From: Paraspadella gotoi | Lineage: Eukaryota > Animalia > Chaetognatha | Assembly: GCA_051294375.1 (NCBI GenBank) | Contig: CM119267.1 | Span: 18,268,992 to 18,332,991 of the forward strand | DNA length: 64,000 bases | Direction: 5' to 3' | Part shown: in pieces, positions 53,001 through 64,000 of the stretch | How positions within the stretch are numbered: position 1 is the stretch's first letter | Layout: the number at the start of each line of letters is the position of its first letter | Made by a program: the position numbers and the translations under genes | The notes under the pieces: model-generated | The model's database searches: none | The model's input: the letters and a program-made list of their open reading frames with translations, nothing else | Told to the model about the DNA's origin: nothing

Positions 53001-53753
53001 ATAAAGGGTTTGAAAGCAGACATCATGCTGATTCCAAATCTATTTTTGTTTTTAAAATTTGATTTCTTGTTCTTGTTTTACAGTCTCATACATTTGAAAA
53101 AATTAAGAAAATCATCCCTTTTTCAAAACCTTATAAAAAATGATAGGGTCCATGTATTGGAAAAAAAATTTAAATTAACTTTGAAAATGTAATATCTACT
53201 TGCTATCAAAATTTTAAATGAGAAGAATAAGATTTGCCAAAGATATCAAGGGAAGAAGTGTCATTATTTATATTTTTTTATGAAAAAAAGAATAAGATTT
53301 TTTTAATAGGCAATTGAAGCGTTCTCTCATGGCCAAAGCAGCTGAGGCAGAGGTTCTTCGAAGACTAGGATTTAGTAAGGACTTAAATTTTTTTGCAATA
53401 TTGAGGACAACCTCACAACATTTTGAGTTCACCTATCTTTTTCTTACTAACATTGTACAATCAAAGTCAGAGTTCTAATGCAGACATAATGAGTAGACCT
53501 TTCCATGAATGAAAAGTTTTTAAATACATCATATGAATTTTTTGAATATTTTTTTCAAAAGATTTTTACAGTAAATGCTGCTAACTCTGAAAAAAAATTA
53601 AAAAAATGCTAAAAAATTGACTTTTTGATAAATATCTTTTAAAGCTTTATTACTACAGGGACGAAACCCAATCTATCTTGTAGTAGGGGTAGTCCCACTC
53701 AATGGAATGCACTTTTCTTAAAATCTTAAAAGCATAAGGATCGTCGCAATTGC

Positions 53754-53790
<37 letters not shown>

Positions 53791-56700
53791 GTTTTCGGAC
53801 AAATCACGAAGAGAGCGCGTTCAAACTATTTTGGGCAGTTCGGGATTTTTACATTTTTCCTCAAATTAATCTTTAGTTTCAAAAACTCGTGACGTCGAAT
53901 CGTCTTACGGCGCCTCAAGAACGGTAGTGAAGGTTTCAGTAACTAGACAACTCAAATAAACAAATATTGACGACGCCGTAAGCAGCGCTAGTACGACTAT
54001 GCAGTGCAATACAGCTATTCAGTAAACGTACGACTATTCTTTACAGAGAGAGAGAAGGAGACATAAAAAATATTTGTTTGTTTTTTTGTTTTTAGTCGGA
54101 TTTGCTTATCAGCAGATCCCGACTCTATAATTCACTAATGGAAAAAATAAAAAAATATAATTCACTATTTGAACACCAATTGCTCATGAGTGGATGGGGC
54201 GATTTACCTGGAATTTGGTATGTGAGTAGAAAAGTGTGTGATTGAACAGGAAACCAAGTTTCGATGGAATCTTTTGAGTGGAAATAAGTTTAAATGGAAA
54301 AAAACAAAAAACCTGTTTCACTAATTGAATATGATTCTTTTTCCTTTTATATTAAATGTATATGCAGGATGTATTAATAAATCAAATAATTAATCAGTTA
54401 ATTAATCAATTAGTCAATTTGTAGTCGGGCATAGCAAAGTTCACCCCGCCTCTAAGCATGAATCCTTCAGTCGTGACCCGGTGGCTCATTGAGTAAAGCC
54501 ATCAGCTCATGACCACTAGGTACCGGGTTCAATCCAACCCGGTACCTACTCTGCGGGAAGTGTGAGGACGGCCGTAAGCCGCCTTGGGGGCGTGGAAAAC
54601 CCTCAAGCCTGGTTCCAAGCCAGGACCCGTTCCATAGCTGCTAGAGGGGTTAAAGAAGTTACGGATAGTCATCTTCAGCCACTTAGCGCCTTATCCACAC
54701 TGGTGAGCCATCCTGTCGAGCGTATTCCAACCTTCTGATTCCAGGCCCATGGACGTGCTGAAGATGCTCCCTCCCTCACTGGAAGCAGTGCAGGGTGGGT
54801 TACAATCTGGGGGCATGTAGTCGGGCATAGCAAAGTTCACCCCGCCTCTAAGCATGAATCCTTCAGTCGTGACCCGGTGGCTCATTGAGTAAAGCCATCA
54901 GCTCATGACCACTAGGTACCGGGTTCAATCCAACCCGGTACCTACTCTGCGGGAAGTGTGAGGACGGCCGTAAGCCGCCTTGGGGGCGTGGAAAACCCTC
55001 AAGCCTGGTTCCAAGCCCAGGACCCGTTCCATAGCTGCTAGAGGGGTTAAAGAAGTTACGGATAGTCATCTTCAGCCCACTTAGCGCCTTATCCACAAAT
55101 TAATTAATCAATAATTAATTAATCAGTCAATCAATCCGTCCATCCATCCCACCTTAGCAAAAAGCTCCAATAACTCGTGATTGGCTGGTTGGATTGGAAT
55201 GAGTTTTTGTGTGTGGGTAGGAAAGTGTGTGATAAAGCTGGATATGAAGTTTCGACGGAATCGTGTGAGTGGAAATGAGTTTAAGTGGAAAAAACATAAG
55301 TCGCATTTACTAAAACATTTTTACTTATTTTAACCAATAAGTACTCTAATTAATCATAATTGGATGGATAGATTGAGTTCAAATTTTTTGTGTGGGTAGA
55401 AAAATGTGTATATGATATATGGGCACCTTTTACACAAACGTTTTTTGATTTGAAAACTTTTCATATATGGAAAGGTCTACTCTTTATGTCTGCATTAGAA
55501 CTCTCACTTTGGTTGTGCAATGTTAGTAAGAAAAAGATAGGTGAACTCAAAATGTTGTGAGGTTGTCTTCAATATTGCAAAAAATTTAAGTCCTTACTAA
55601 ATCCTAGTCTTTGAAGAACCTCTGCCCTTGCCGCTTCGCCATGAGAGAATGCTTCAATTGCCTATTAAAAAAAAACTTATTCTTTTTTTCATAAAAAATA
55701 TAAATAATGACACTTCTTCCCTTGATATCTTTGGCAAATCTTATTCTTCTCACTTAAAATTTTGATAGCAAGTAGATATTACATTTTCAAAGTTAATTTT
55801 AAATTTTTTTTTCCAATACATGGACCCTATCATTTTTTATAAGGTTTTGAAAAAGGGATGATTTTCTTAATTTTTACAAATGTATGAGTCTGTAAAACAA
55901 GAACAAGAAATCAAATTTTAAAAACAAAAATAGATTTGGAATCAGCATGATGTCTGCTTTCAAACCCCTTATAGTTTTTAAATATTTTAATTAGTTTTAA
56001 GACTATAATATATTTTTATAATATTGGAAAAATATTTTTGGTATTTAAAATAATTTTTTAAAATTTTATTTGTTATTTATTAAAACTGCTCTTGTTCAAT
56101 GTATCATTTTGAATAAAAAAGGAATCAATTACTTTGGATATTTTCAGAATACTTTTGAATATTATTTTGACTAAATTAATTATTAAAAACAAAAAAAAAT
56201 AAAATTAATTTAAAAATTTTATTACATCATTATGTAGGTCTTGTCTAGGAGTATTTATGAGCAAAAAATGATAGGGCTAGCTTCATTAATAACTGCGCTA
56301 GAGCAAATATTGTAAAAAAAATTTTTAGGGTGCTGAGCGCAATTTTTTTGAATTTTTAAAAATCCGTCCAATGGGGACACAAACTAACCTTCCTGCATCC
56401 ATTACTCACAGCTGAGCTGATTTCAACTCCTAGTTTGAGAGATATCCGCTCCCTCCAGTTTATCGAGTAAAGAAAAAAGTTACTGTAATCAAATTTTTCA
56501 TTCAATATTATTGCAGTCGTTTAGGCTGCAACTCTTCAAATTCAGTGTAGATTCATTGTAGCTCGAATTTCTTTACCATCTATTTAACTGAAGATTTTGT
56601 TCATGACTGGAAAACCAACAGAGTAACGAGATTAATTGTTTAATTCTCCCCTTCTAAACTATCCCATACCGTGTTTTAACTTCTTACCTAGAATTTTTTA

Positions 56701-59700
56701 ACAACCAGATTGAAAAACAAATCTTTAAAAAATGTGCTTACCCATTTAACTTAACAATTTTGTTATTTACCCATTTAAAAAAATTATTGAAAACAGAATG
56801 AACACAAATAAATAAGAACTTATTTTTTTTGTGATTACTGATGACTATAATGCATTTCTCGATATATTAGCTCTAACACATCGATGATTACGTATTGTTA
56901 TGCTGAATGACCTTTCCTCTTAACACCCCCATCCACTTCAGTCTCACCGGCTGAGACTTTTCCTCCTCGGTTGAGGTTTGGGAAAAATTCCAAGACTGGC
57001 TCGAACTTCTGGTCCCAGAGGGTGAGCCCCTTTGGCGAAAGGCGACTCGTCGGGGGAGGAACAAAGCGGCTCTTGGTTCATCAGCATATCACCGGTAAAG
57101 CCGGGTGGAGCCGAATGCTTGCGGCGATAAGTCACTTCTGAAAAAGTTATTGCCAATCGTTCGGATGTAGGGATTTGATAACTGACCTTTTGTAGCTAGA
57201 ACTTACCCGACTCGTGGTTGAAAGCCTGTTGGGTCTTATCCTCATCGGAGGAAACGGCTTCGAGAAGATCGTCCTCGGACGCGAAGCCAGAAGCGCGAAG
57301 CAGCGAGGAAGGGGGCGTGGCCTGATCCATGACCAGGTTAATGAGAGTGTCCGTACGCACCTTAGGGCCAGAATTACAGTTCAAGCATTAGGGCAGGTAA
57401 ATCAAAATAAATATTATATAATAATATATAATAAATATTATAAATAATAAATATTATACCCCTTCATTGATAGGGAAGCCAGGTACTCTGGGAGTGAATA
57501 AACGAGACTGTGAGAAAGTCTTGATTGAAAGCTTGCAGGGACCTGCTATGTCATTATCTTGTAAGAGTGATGGAGGCCTTAAACCACCAAAGCCTGTCCA
57601 AAGTCAGGGGCAAGATAGCTTATTTATTAAATGAATGGATAATATTTATATTGGTTGTACCAATTTCATAATAATAATTATATAATATAATATAATAATA
57701 ACATAATAGTAAGGTCGTACGTGATTTGCCCGGTCGCCTATTTTACCTTATTTCCTTCCTTATTGTATTCAAGCTTAAATATGAAATCGCAATAGAAAAT
57801 CATTAGGGAGACGAGGAAGGAGATGAGCGCAGAGTCACTGAGGGAGATTAAGGGATTATCGTCTCGACTGCGCAAGATGTTGGGTCCGAACACTGTCGCT
57901 AGGTTGTTCGCGTCCATCTTGTTTTCTGAGTTTAATCGTAAATTAATTAATTAATAGTACAGGGGTAGGATCATATATCTAGACAAAATCATTACTCTAA
58001 AACTTATTTTTTTTAAACATCTGAATGAATATTCAAATAATACTCTCTCTTAACTTTTAGACGATATATTAATTGTTTTGAAATTCTTTGATATAATGCT
58101 TTCTTTGATGCAGCAAAGCTCATTTTTCTCCATTCTTGGTAAAAACAGAAAAATATTTATGAAAATACTTATTTGTAGTAAAATAATGATTTAGAAAAAA
58201 ATTGAGATAAGCAGGTACGGTTTGGGTAAGTTACTGCTATGTTTGAATTTTTATTAAAACTTGCTTTTATCAATAATTTATTTACAATATTGTCAGATAA
58301 TTAAATTATTCATGCAAGATTTCTAAATGCTTAATAAAAGGGTCAAAACGGTTAGAAATACATGAAGTATTTGACGATTTAAGCGTTTTCGTTAAAATAT
58401 TCCTAAAATTTTGTTTAACTTACCCGAAAAAAAAGTAAATAGATCTAATTTGGATAGTTATGAAGAGCTTAAAATTAGGTAAATTGAATGCATAAAAATG
58501 CTTGAAAATGTGTTTTGTTTCATTGTATATGAAAGTAAAAATCCAGAAAAAACTTTTGCCACTCATTTTATTATTTTATTTCGAATCGTTCAGATAGGGC
58601 AGGAATTTAAGTTCTGTCTAGATATATGGTCCCACCCCTCATTGAATAGTATGTCTTAATAGATTGATGCACTTGCTTACCGGCGGAATACTGTGAAACT
58701 TTGCAAAGAAATTGGCACATAAATCTGAGCAAATTGTAACTGTATTTGGGAAGATCGGCGATGCAGCCGGCAAGCTCTTGCATCTCGCTAGTAGTTTTGA
58801 GGTCTTCCCCATTTTCCCGGTGATGATAAATGGATTTGGAAAGATCGAGGAGGCTTGAATAAGACTCGTAAGGCACCACCGGGTCGGGAAGCTCGCGAAA
58901 GTAAAGTTTCAGTAACGATGCTGGATAAAGGGTGAATGACGTTAGGATGGGAAAGGAAACATCGTGAAAGAATCACTCACCGACGCTGTGAACATCGACG
59001 GTTTCTACATCAAGCATCGGTGCCTCGCCGCTGTCGTACTTGTGCTTCAACTCTTTGACCAAGGCGGTTCGCCCGGCGTGACTGCAGGGAAAAAATGATT
59101 TGCATTACAAATTATGAAATCAAAGAAGTGAACTAAACGATTTTTATGCGGATTTCATTTACCGGAAGATCCCTTCGGTTTGCAAACCAAAGGCGTCGAT
59201 AAAGTCAGCTGTTTGAATAACTACTAAAGGAATGAGGCGCCGACTGTGGCGATACTCGTAATCCATGTTGTCGATCAAACTTTTGCCGAAAACTCCACCG
59301 TCTAAATATGAAATATGCATATTTTTTTTAATTTCTCTCTTATTTCAATTCCCAGTCAGCAAAAAAGGGGCCCATTATTCAATGATTCGTACCTCGCAAC
59401 CCGTAGATGACTTTTTTAATGGCTTGTATCCACATTTCCCTCTCTTCCTTCGAGGGGACACCGATAAACGCTTCCGTCTTAGTTCCTCCCGTGTTGTCGG
59501 AATAGATTTCGAACTGTATTGAATATGGTGACGGATGAGGAATTAGAAATATTAAAACTGTCCCATGATAAGGTTTTACCATGTGCAATGACTCTTCGTT
59601 ATTGTTGGCGTTAGGGTTGAGCGGCGAGAAATGCTCTTTTACTCTCGTTCCCGTCAAACTTATGACGCTCGTGGGCTGACAAAAAAAAATGTGAAAAATC

Positions 59701-59975
59701 CATTTACAAACAGGAACAGATTAAGAATTTAACACCAATACCACCAATGGCACCTTGGCGCTTTGTCCGACTGCGTCCTCCTGGTTTCGAAACATGTAGA
59801 GGTAGTCCTGAAAGAGGAGACAGTATCTCTTGCGCCATTTCCCGCTCGTCGGGCCGGAAGTCATCTTCTTTTCGATCCATCCGCTGCAAGTGCACGAGGC
59901 CCCGTCGAGCTTGGGAGGCGGCAAAGAGTTGCTGAGGTTGCGGAAGCGAACCGTCGCGCGCATCAAGGCATCCAT
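50079..59975 (-). CDS. PH-RhoGAP-coiled-coil protein (ARHGAP22/24/25 family), spliced
   Basis: PH: CSGWIEKK..KWRKRYCLL..EEREMWIQAIKKV. GAP: GGVFGKSL..EGIFR..ASLLKLYFRELPDPVVP..YNLLRFMCQFL..NKMDANNLATVFGPNILR. C-terminal coiled coil. Confidence 0.88.
51859..52080 (+). repeat. Dispersed ~220-bp repeat with ATA-rich tail (probable non-LTR retroelement 3' end)
   Basis: Near-identical to 57461-57690; a third 5'-truncated copy lies at 31698. Confidence 0.8.
54084..55420 (-). mobile_element. HINE/Helentron-like element copy 2, interrupted by the TRIM
   Basis: cggatttgcttatcagcagatcccgactctataattcact and following blocks are the reverse complement of parts of 29830-30400. Confidence 0.6.
54420..55097 (+). 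mobile_element. TRIM (terminal-repeat retrotransposon in miniature)
   Basis: LTRs 54420-54699 and 54816-55097 (TG...CA), differing by two single-C indels as far as I can see; 116-bp interior with PBS TGGTGAGCCA and a G-rich tract; 4-bp TSD AATT. Confidence 0.9.
57461..57690 (+). repeat. Dispersed ~220-bp repeat, second full copy
   Basis: Direct match to 51859-52080. Confidence 0.82.
57960..58640. mobile_element. Older MITE with ~30-bp imperfect TIRs
   Basis: AGGGGTAGGATCATATATCTAGACAAAA versus reverse complement AGGGGTGGGACCATATATCTAGACAGAA; TA on the left flank only. Confidence 0.65.
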
Positions 59976-60302
59976 GGTGATGGATGGAGGCCGCAAATTG
60001 GTTTCAACGCATCCGAGAATGGATTTCCGGAAAGTTTTGTCGAATTGATTTTAGGTCGTGATTCATTTTACCCATCAATTTCATCTTGCGTCGAACAAAA
60101 AGAGTTCGAATTTGTAATTTTTTGGTGACCAGCACCGCTTGATCTTCTGCATAATATGTAATAATTACATAAAAACAACAGTAAGAAATAGTAAAAATTA
60201 AAATAATAAAAAATAAAAAAGAGCGATAACAGTTGTAATAAGAGTGCAATTCCGTTGTCAGTTAAACGGGTGCTTACAAATTGACTAGAGAAAATACTAA
60301 TG

Positions 60303-62518
60303 TCAATTAAGACGACCAGCGATTTCTTCGCTTTTAAATATCGAGACCGACGTTTGGGCGATGGTGTAAAGAAAATACAGAGTGAGCGCTAATCCGCCGC
60401 TGGCGAGACCATCGATGAAAAATCTGGAATTACAAAGTAAAATTCGTTACAAAAAAAACAAACAAACAAACAAAAAAAAAATAAACACCAAATCTGACAA
60501 CAGTCAGACAACCTTCTGGCATAAATAAATCCGATATCCTCGTGAGTCCCGATAAACATGAAAATGGCAATGATGGAAGTAGCAAAGAGAGGCGTGGCGG
60601 CGGCCACTCGGAAGCGACGCGACATTCTTGGCCCAAGTCGCGTTTCCAGGGCGACGTAGGACGGATGGTTGCAGAGTCGGCGGCCAAGATTCTCGGAGAG
60701 GATTCCGAGAAAGTTTACGACGCACCTGATAGGAAGAAACGGGTGGAGACAATTAACGACGATGTACTTTTAGTCTTCAAAGGAGGATTTGAGCTACTAA
60801 CCAAAGTAAAATGTAAAGCTCGGATCCGTGCCAGAAGTAAATAAAAACAAAGATGAGGAAGGAGGCGCAAGACTGACGCAATAAGCCGTGACGAGATCCT
60901 CCCAGCGGCACATACAGATGACGCTTGATAAAGTTATAAAGACCGGTGTCGAAATAACGCCACATATCGGAGTAGAGATACACTCCTGGGAGGAAGTAAT
61001 TAATTAAATTTTAATCATGTATAGGACAACTAAATTAAATTTAAAACAATTACGTAGTATTATTTGCTCACTGGAAATGCACTTGGGTTGTTTTGGGGGA
61101 GTGAGTCCGTCGGCGTGTGCGATCAAAGAGTGAAACCCGTAGAGTTGCAGGTACTTAAGATGAAAAAATTGACCGGAAGCGAAACCGATTCCCGCCAATT
61201 CCCACAGGTCCGTAGAGTCGCTGCCAATCAAACATTAAATATAATTTATGAAAAAAAAATAAGAAAACTCGAAACAAAAACATTTCTCACTTGAGAAAGT
61301 CTCGTTGCCCCAGCATGACGCCGAAATACATTCGATACAACAACGCTTCCGTCACGAAGCCCCAAAAGATGAAACGAAGAACATTAAAGGCAAAGACGAG
61401 GAGGCGCTCGAGGCTGTCTCTGCTCAAGTCGAGACGAAGATGCGGCGGAGAGATCGAAGGATCTCCGTAGGACTGGACTTCGAACTCGTCGTAGGTCATG
61501 AGTGGACCCGTGAGAAAGAGCGGGAAATAGTGGACGTAATTAAAGAGATCGACGACGAGGCGCCAAAAAGGAATAGTTGTTGTGGTGGATTCTGTCGTCG
61601 TCGTCGTCAAAAAGCCTCGCTTCGTCATCTCATGGCAAAAGCTCAACGTCCGGTTAACGGTGAGCGCCATGGTGATGATCCAGACGTAATAATGTTCGTA
61701 AACAAATTCCTCGGCGCCGAAGAGGTAAGGGAACGTGGAGAAGCCGAAGTAAGGCACGCCTTCTGGGAAGTTGAGAATAGCGAGAGCGCCGAAGTTGAGA
61801 ATCCAAACGAAGACAATTCGTTTAGTTATCCTATTTTAACAACAATATTCTTATCAAGTATTTCAAGATTTTAAATTCTAAATTCTCACCTCGCTGTCAC
61901 TAGTCCCGCCAGGGCAAAAGCAAATTGGCTAAGGACCCGCTTCAAGCCAACTAAATTTCCGCAGACTAAAACGCCGGCGACACCGAGACCAAAGAGGCGC
62001 CATCGAGCTGGGACGCCGAGTCTTCGAAGCAACGCGGAAAGAGTCAAGTGGATGAAGTACCACCACCACATGCGGGAGACGAACCAGAGAAAGACAGTCC
62101 ATTCTGCATGGGACGTGGTACGTATCAAAGATAGTTAATGGGAACAAATAATTAACACGTTTTAAATTACGAGAGAATTCTCAATTCTCTCACCTGTGTT
62201 AGTTGCGTCCTTGACGGGTCCTACAATCCGCCAATCTCCCCGTGCCGGTTCGAAAAGCAGTTCGGTCTCATCGTTAAACATTTTATAGGCGGTCGGTGAG
62301 AGGCGAAGTACTCGATAACAAACGTAGCCGATGCTGCCAACGGCGCAGACGAGGTTCCAGAAAGATTCGAGGCTGGAGAGGTCCGCGTGGTGCTGCCATT
62401 GGGACCGGGGGCTGTGATGGGCGGTAACACAATCAGCGGTTTTTGGATTCGAAGGAGTCTCTGGATTCATCTTTTTGGCGGTTCTTTTCCGCAAAACATT
62501 TGATCGTTTGTCTTCCAT
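60303..62518 (-). CDS. HHAT: Hedgehog acyltransferase (MBOAT family), spliced
   Basis: YVHYFPLFLTGPLMTYDEF, GQFFHLKYLQLYG, MWRYFDTGLYNFIKRHLYVPLGGS, FIYFWHG (catalytic His present). Confidence 0.9.
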
Positions 62519-62897
62519 AATACTTTTTTTATAATAAGTTTTTGTTCATAGGGAATTTTTTTAAAGGATTTGTATATTTTTTGTTTGAACTCGCTGTCTC
62601 GCAATTTATTTAAATTATCCTTATTTTTTTGGTTTTCAAATAATTTTCATTAATTTAGTATCGTTTTTATTTTTTTAAACCTGTCTCAACAAAAAATCGA
62701 GAAAAACAGTTCTACGGAGAATAAATTAACCCCGAAAACGTCATCAATAACAAAACAAGAATAAAACAGCAAACTAATATAGTCAATGGGAAACGTAAGC
62801 TTACGTTGTCAGAAAAAAAAGAATCATGATCACCGCTGAAAAAAACAATTATGAGAAAATCACTCTTTTTCCTCTCGCCCACTAGTCCGTACGAATC

Positions 62898-64000
62898 TTA
62901 GCGTCTATCCCTTGAACGGAAATTCCTTTCGCTCTCCCCGCGATAATAATCCCTCTCGCGGTACTCCTCCCTGAGGCGGGCGTCGTCCTTGGCCTCCTCT
63001 CTATACTCGCGCCTTTCCTCGCCCCCTTCACGCCGTCCCGGCGCCCCGGCGTAGCAATCTCTTTCGCCGCTCCGCGACTTCTCCCGCCTCCTGCGCTTGC
63101 GCTCGGCCTCCGCAGGCGAGCGGCTCTTGGCCTTGCCGTATGATCTCGCCTCGATACCTCCGAGGGTGTCCTGAAGAGAAGAGAGGAGAATCTTGCAGCG
63201 GTGATCGTCGTGGACGCGCGATTGCTTGATAAGCGAGATGGCAGTGACGAGGGTCTCGATGGCGGCGCCGTAGTCGCCCTGGGAAGCGTCCTGAACGGCG
63301 CGGGAGATGGCGTTCGAGGAAATTTGCTTGTTGCGCCGAAGGTGCTCCTCTTTCTCGACCTCAGAGATTGCGTCGGCGGCGAGAGCGGCGGCGGAGACGT
63401 GGGCCGAAGAGACTGGAGCCGGGGAAGGAAAGAGCGCGGGGCGATGATGGGGGAAGGCAGAAGGTGGAAAACCGCCGGGCGGGACTGACAGAAACGCGGG
63501 ATTTATGTGGGGCGCGGGTGCGCCTGGAGGGACGATTAGAGGCGGCAGAGGTGGAAGCGGCGGACGAACGTTCGGCGGAACGAAATGATTGGGCGGCAAA
63601 GGCGGCGCGCAGGGGTAAGGCGGGAAAGTGGCGGAACCTGGAGGAACTTGAGCGGGCGGTCCGGGCCTGATCGGCGGACCAAAAAAGGAGCGCGGCGGAG
63701 GACCCGAACGGTACGGCTGAGACGTAGGGGGGCGAAAGCCGACTGGGAGAGGAAAGTTCAGCCCAGCCACAGGTCGCGGACGACACTGGGGTAACGGGTG
63801 CTGAATCAATTGAGACGGTGCCGGCATGGCGGGCTGGGGAGCAACTTCCGATCGGAGGGAGGGCGGCGATAAAGCAACCTGAATCGGGGGAAGACCTTCG
63901 GCCTCTTCTCGCCTCCACTGCTGCTGCTGCGGTTGAGAAGGCGGCACATCTGGACGACTCGGAGCCGCCGCCTCGAACTCTCTCAGGGCGGTTTTAGTGC
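62898..64000 (-). CDS. CPSF6: Cleavage factor Im 68-kDa subunit, 5'-partial
   Basis: Pro-rich region with PAPHINPAF, RNKQISSNAISRAVQDASQGDYGAAIETLVTAISLIKQS..RCKILLSSLQDTLGGIE, RS/RE tail; frame is open to the window edge. Confidence 0.93.
   Translation of the reverse strand, partial: TKTALREFEAAAPSRPDVPPSQPQQQQWRREEAEGLPPIQVALSPPSLRSEVAPQPAMPAPSQLIQHPLPQCRPRPVAGLNFPLPVGFRPPTSQPYRSGPPPRSFFGPPIRPGPPAQVPPGSATFPPYPCAPPLPPNHFVPPNVRPPLPPLPPLIVPPGAPAPHINPAFLSVPPGGFPPSAFPHHRPALFPSPAPVSSAHVSAAALAADAISEVEKEEHLRRNKQISSNAISRAVQDASQGDYGAAIETLVTAISLIKQSRVHDDHRCKILLSSLQDTLGGIEARSYGKAKSRSPAEAERKRRRREKSRSGERDCYAGAPGRREGGEERREYREEAKDDARLREEYRERDYYRGESERNFRSRDRR

Larger units (their letters stand above)
52490..56485. 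mobile_element. Non-autonomous DNA element with ~1-kb terminal inverted repeats (foldback-like, Tc1/mariner-type ends)
   Basis: 52490-~53525 is the highly similar reverse complement of ~55449-56485; ends are TA|CAGTAAC...GTTACTG|TA; no transposase ORF. Confidence 0.85.
52268..56538. mobile_element. Outer MITE-like element (~275 bp) split by a nested insertion
   Basis: Inverted termini TGAAGAGTTGCAG(gtc/cct)AAACGA at 52268 and 56517-56538; no clear TSD. Confidence 0.5.

Noticed and set aside
54691-55096. ORFs within the duplicated segment
   Set aside because: They lie within TRIM LTRs with no gag/pol similarity

Overview
Eukaryotic (invertebrate animal-like) genomic DNA with a compact, intron-rich organisation: short AT-rich GT-AG introns and CpG-rich exons. 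The supplied ORF track therefore shows exon fragments and antisense shadows, not whole genes. Manual splicing gives 15 recognisable host genes, all on the minus strand and tightly head-to-tail. In transcription order they are CPSF6 (partial), HHAT, ARHGAP22/24-like, a short dystrophin-family gene (WW-EF-ZZ), TBC1D31, ANAPC5, an intronless Krimper-like Tudor-CCCH-Tudor gene, SLC5A3-like, BNIP1, a long chimeric gene, PPP2R3, TRAPPC13, MRPL10, MRPS18A and WDR45 (partial). The only plus-strand gene I found, a type II membrane C-type lectin, is nested in a PPP2R3 intron. Two observations stand out. (1) A spliced gene at 14200-23438 appears to join a prokaryotic-type pRiA4b-ORF3/MM3350-like domain, a MYND finger, LRRs and an extended Tudor domain in one frame. 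(2) The co-oriented array, with unpaired acceptors before start codons, suggests operons resolved by SL trans-splicing. Introns also hold a four-layer transposon nest (MITE > 1-kb-TIR element > Helentron-like HINE > young TRIM), other MITEs, a CCA-ending tRNA-Lys retrocopy and a degenerate hammerhead motif. All homology calls come from recalled motifs, not database searches.
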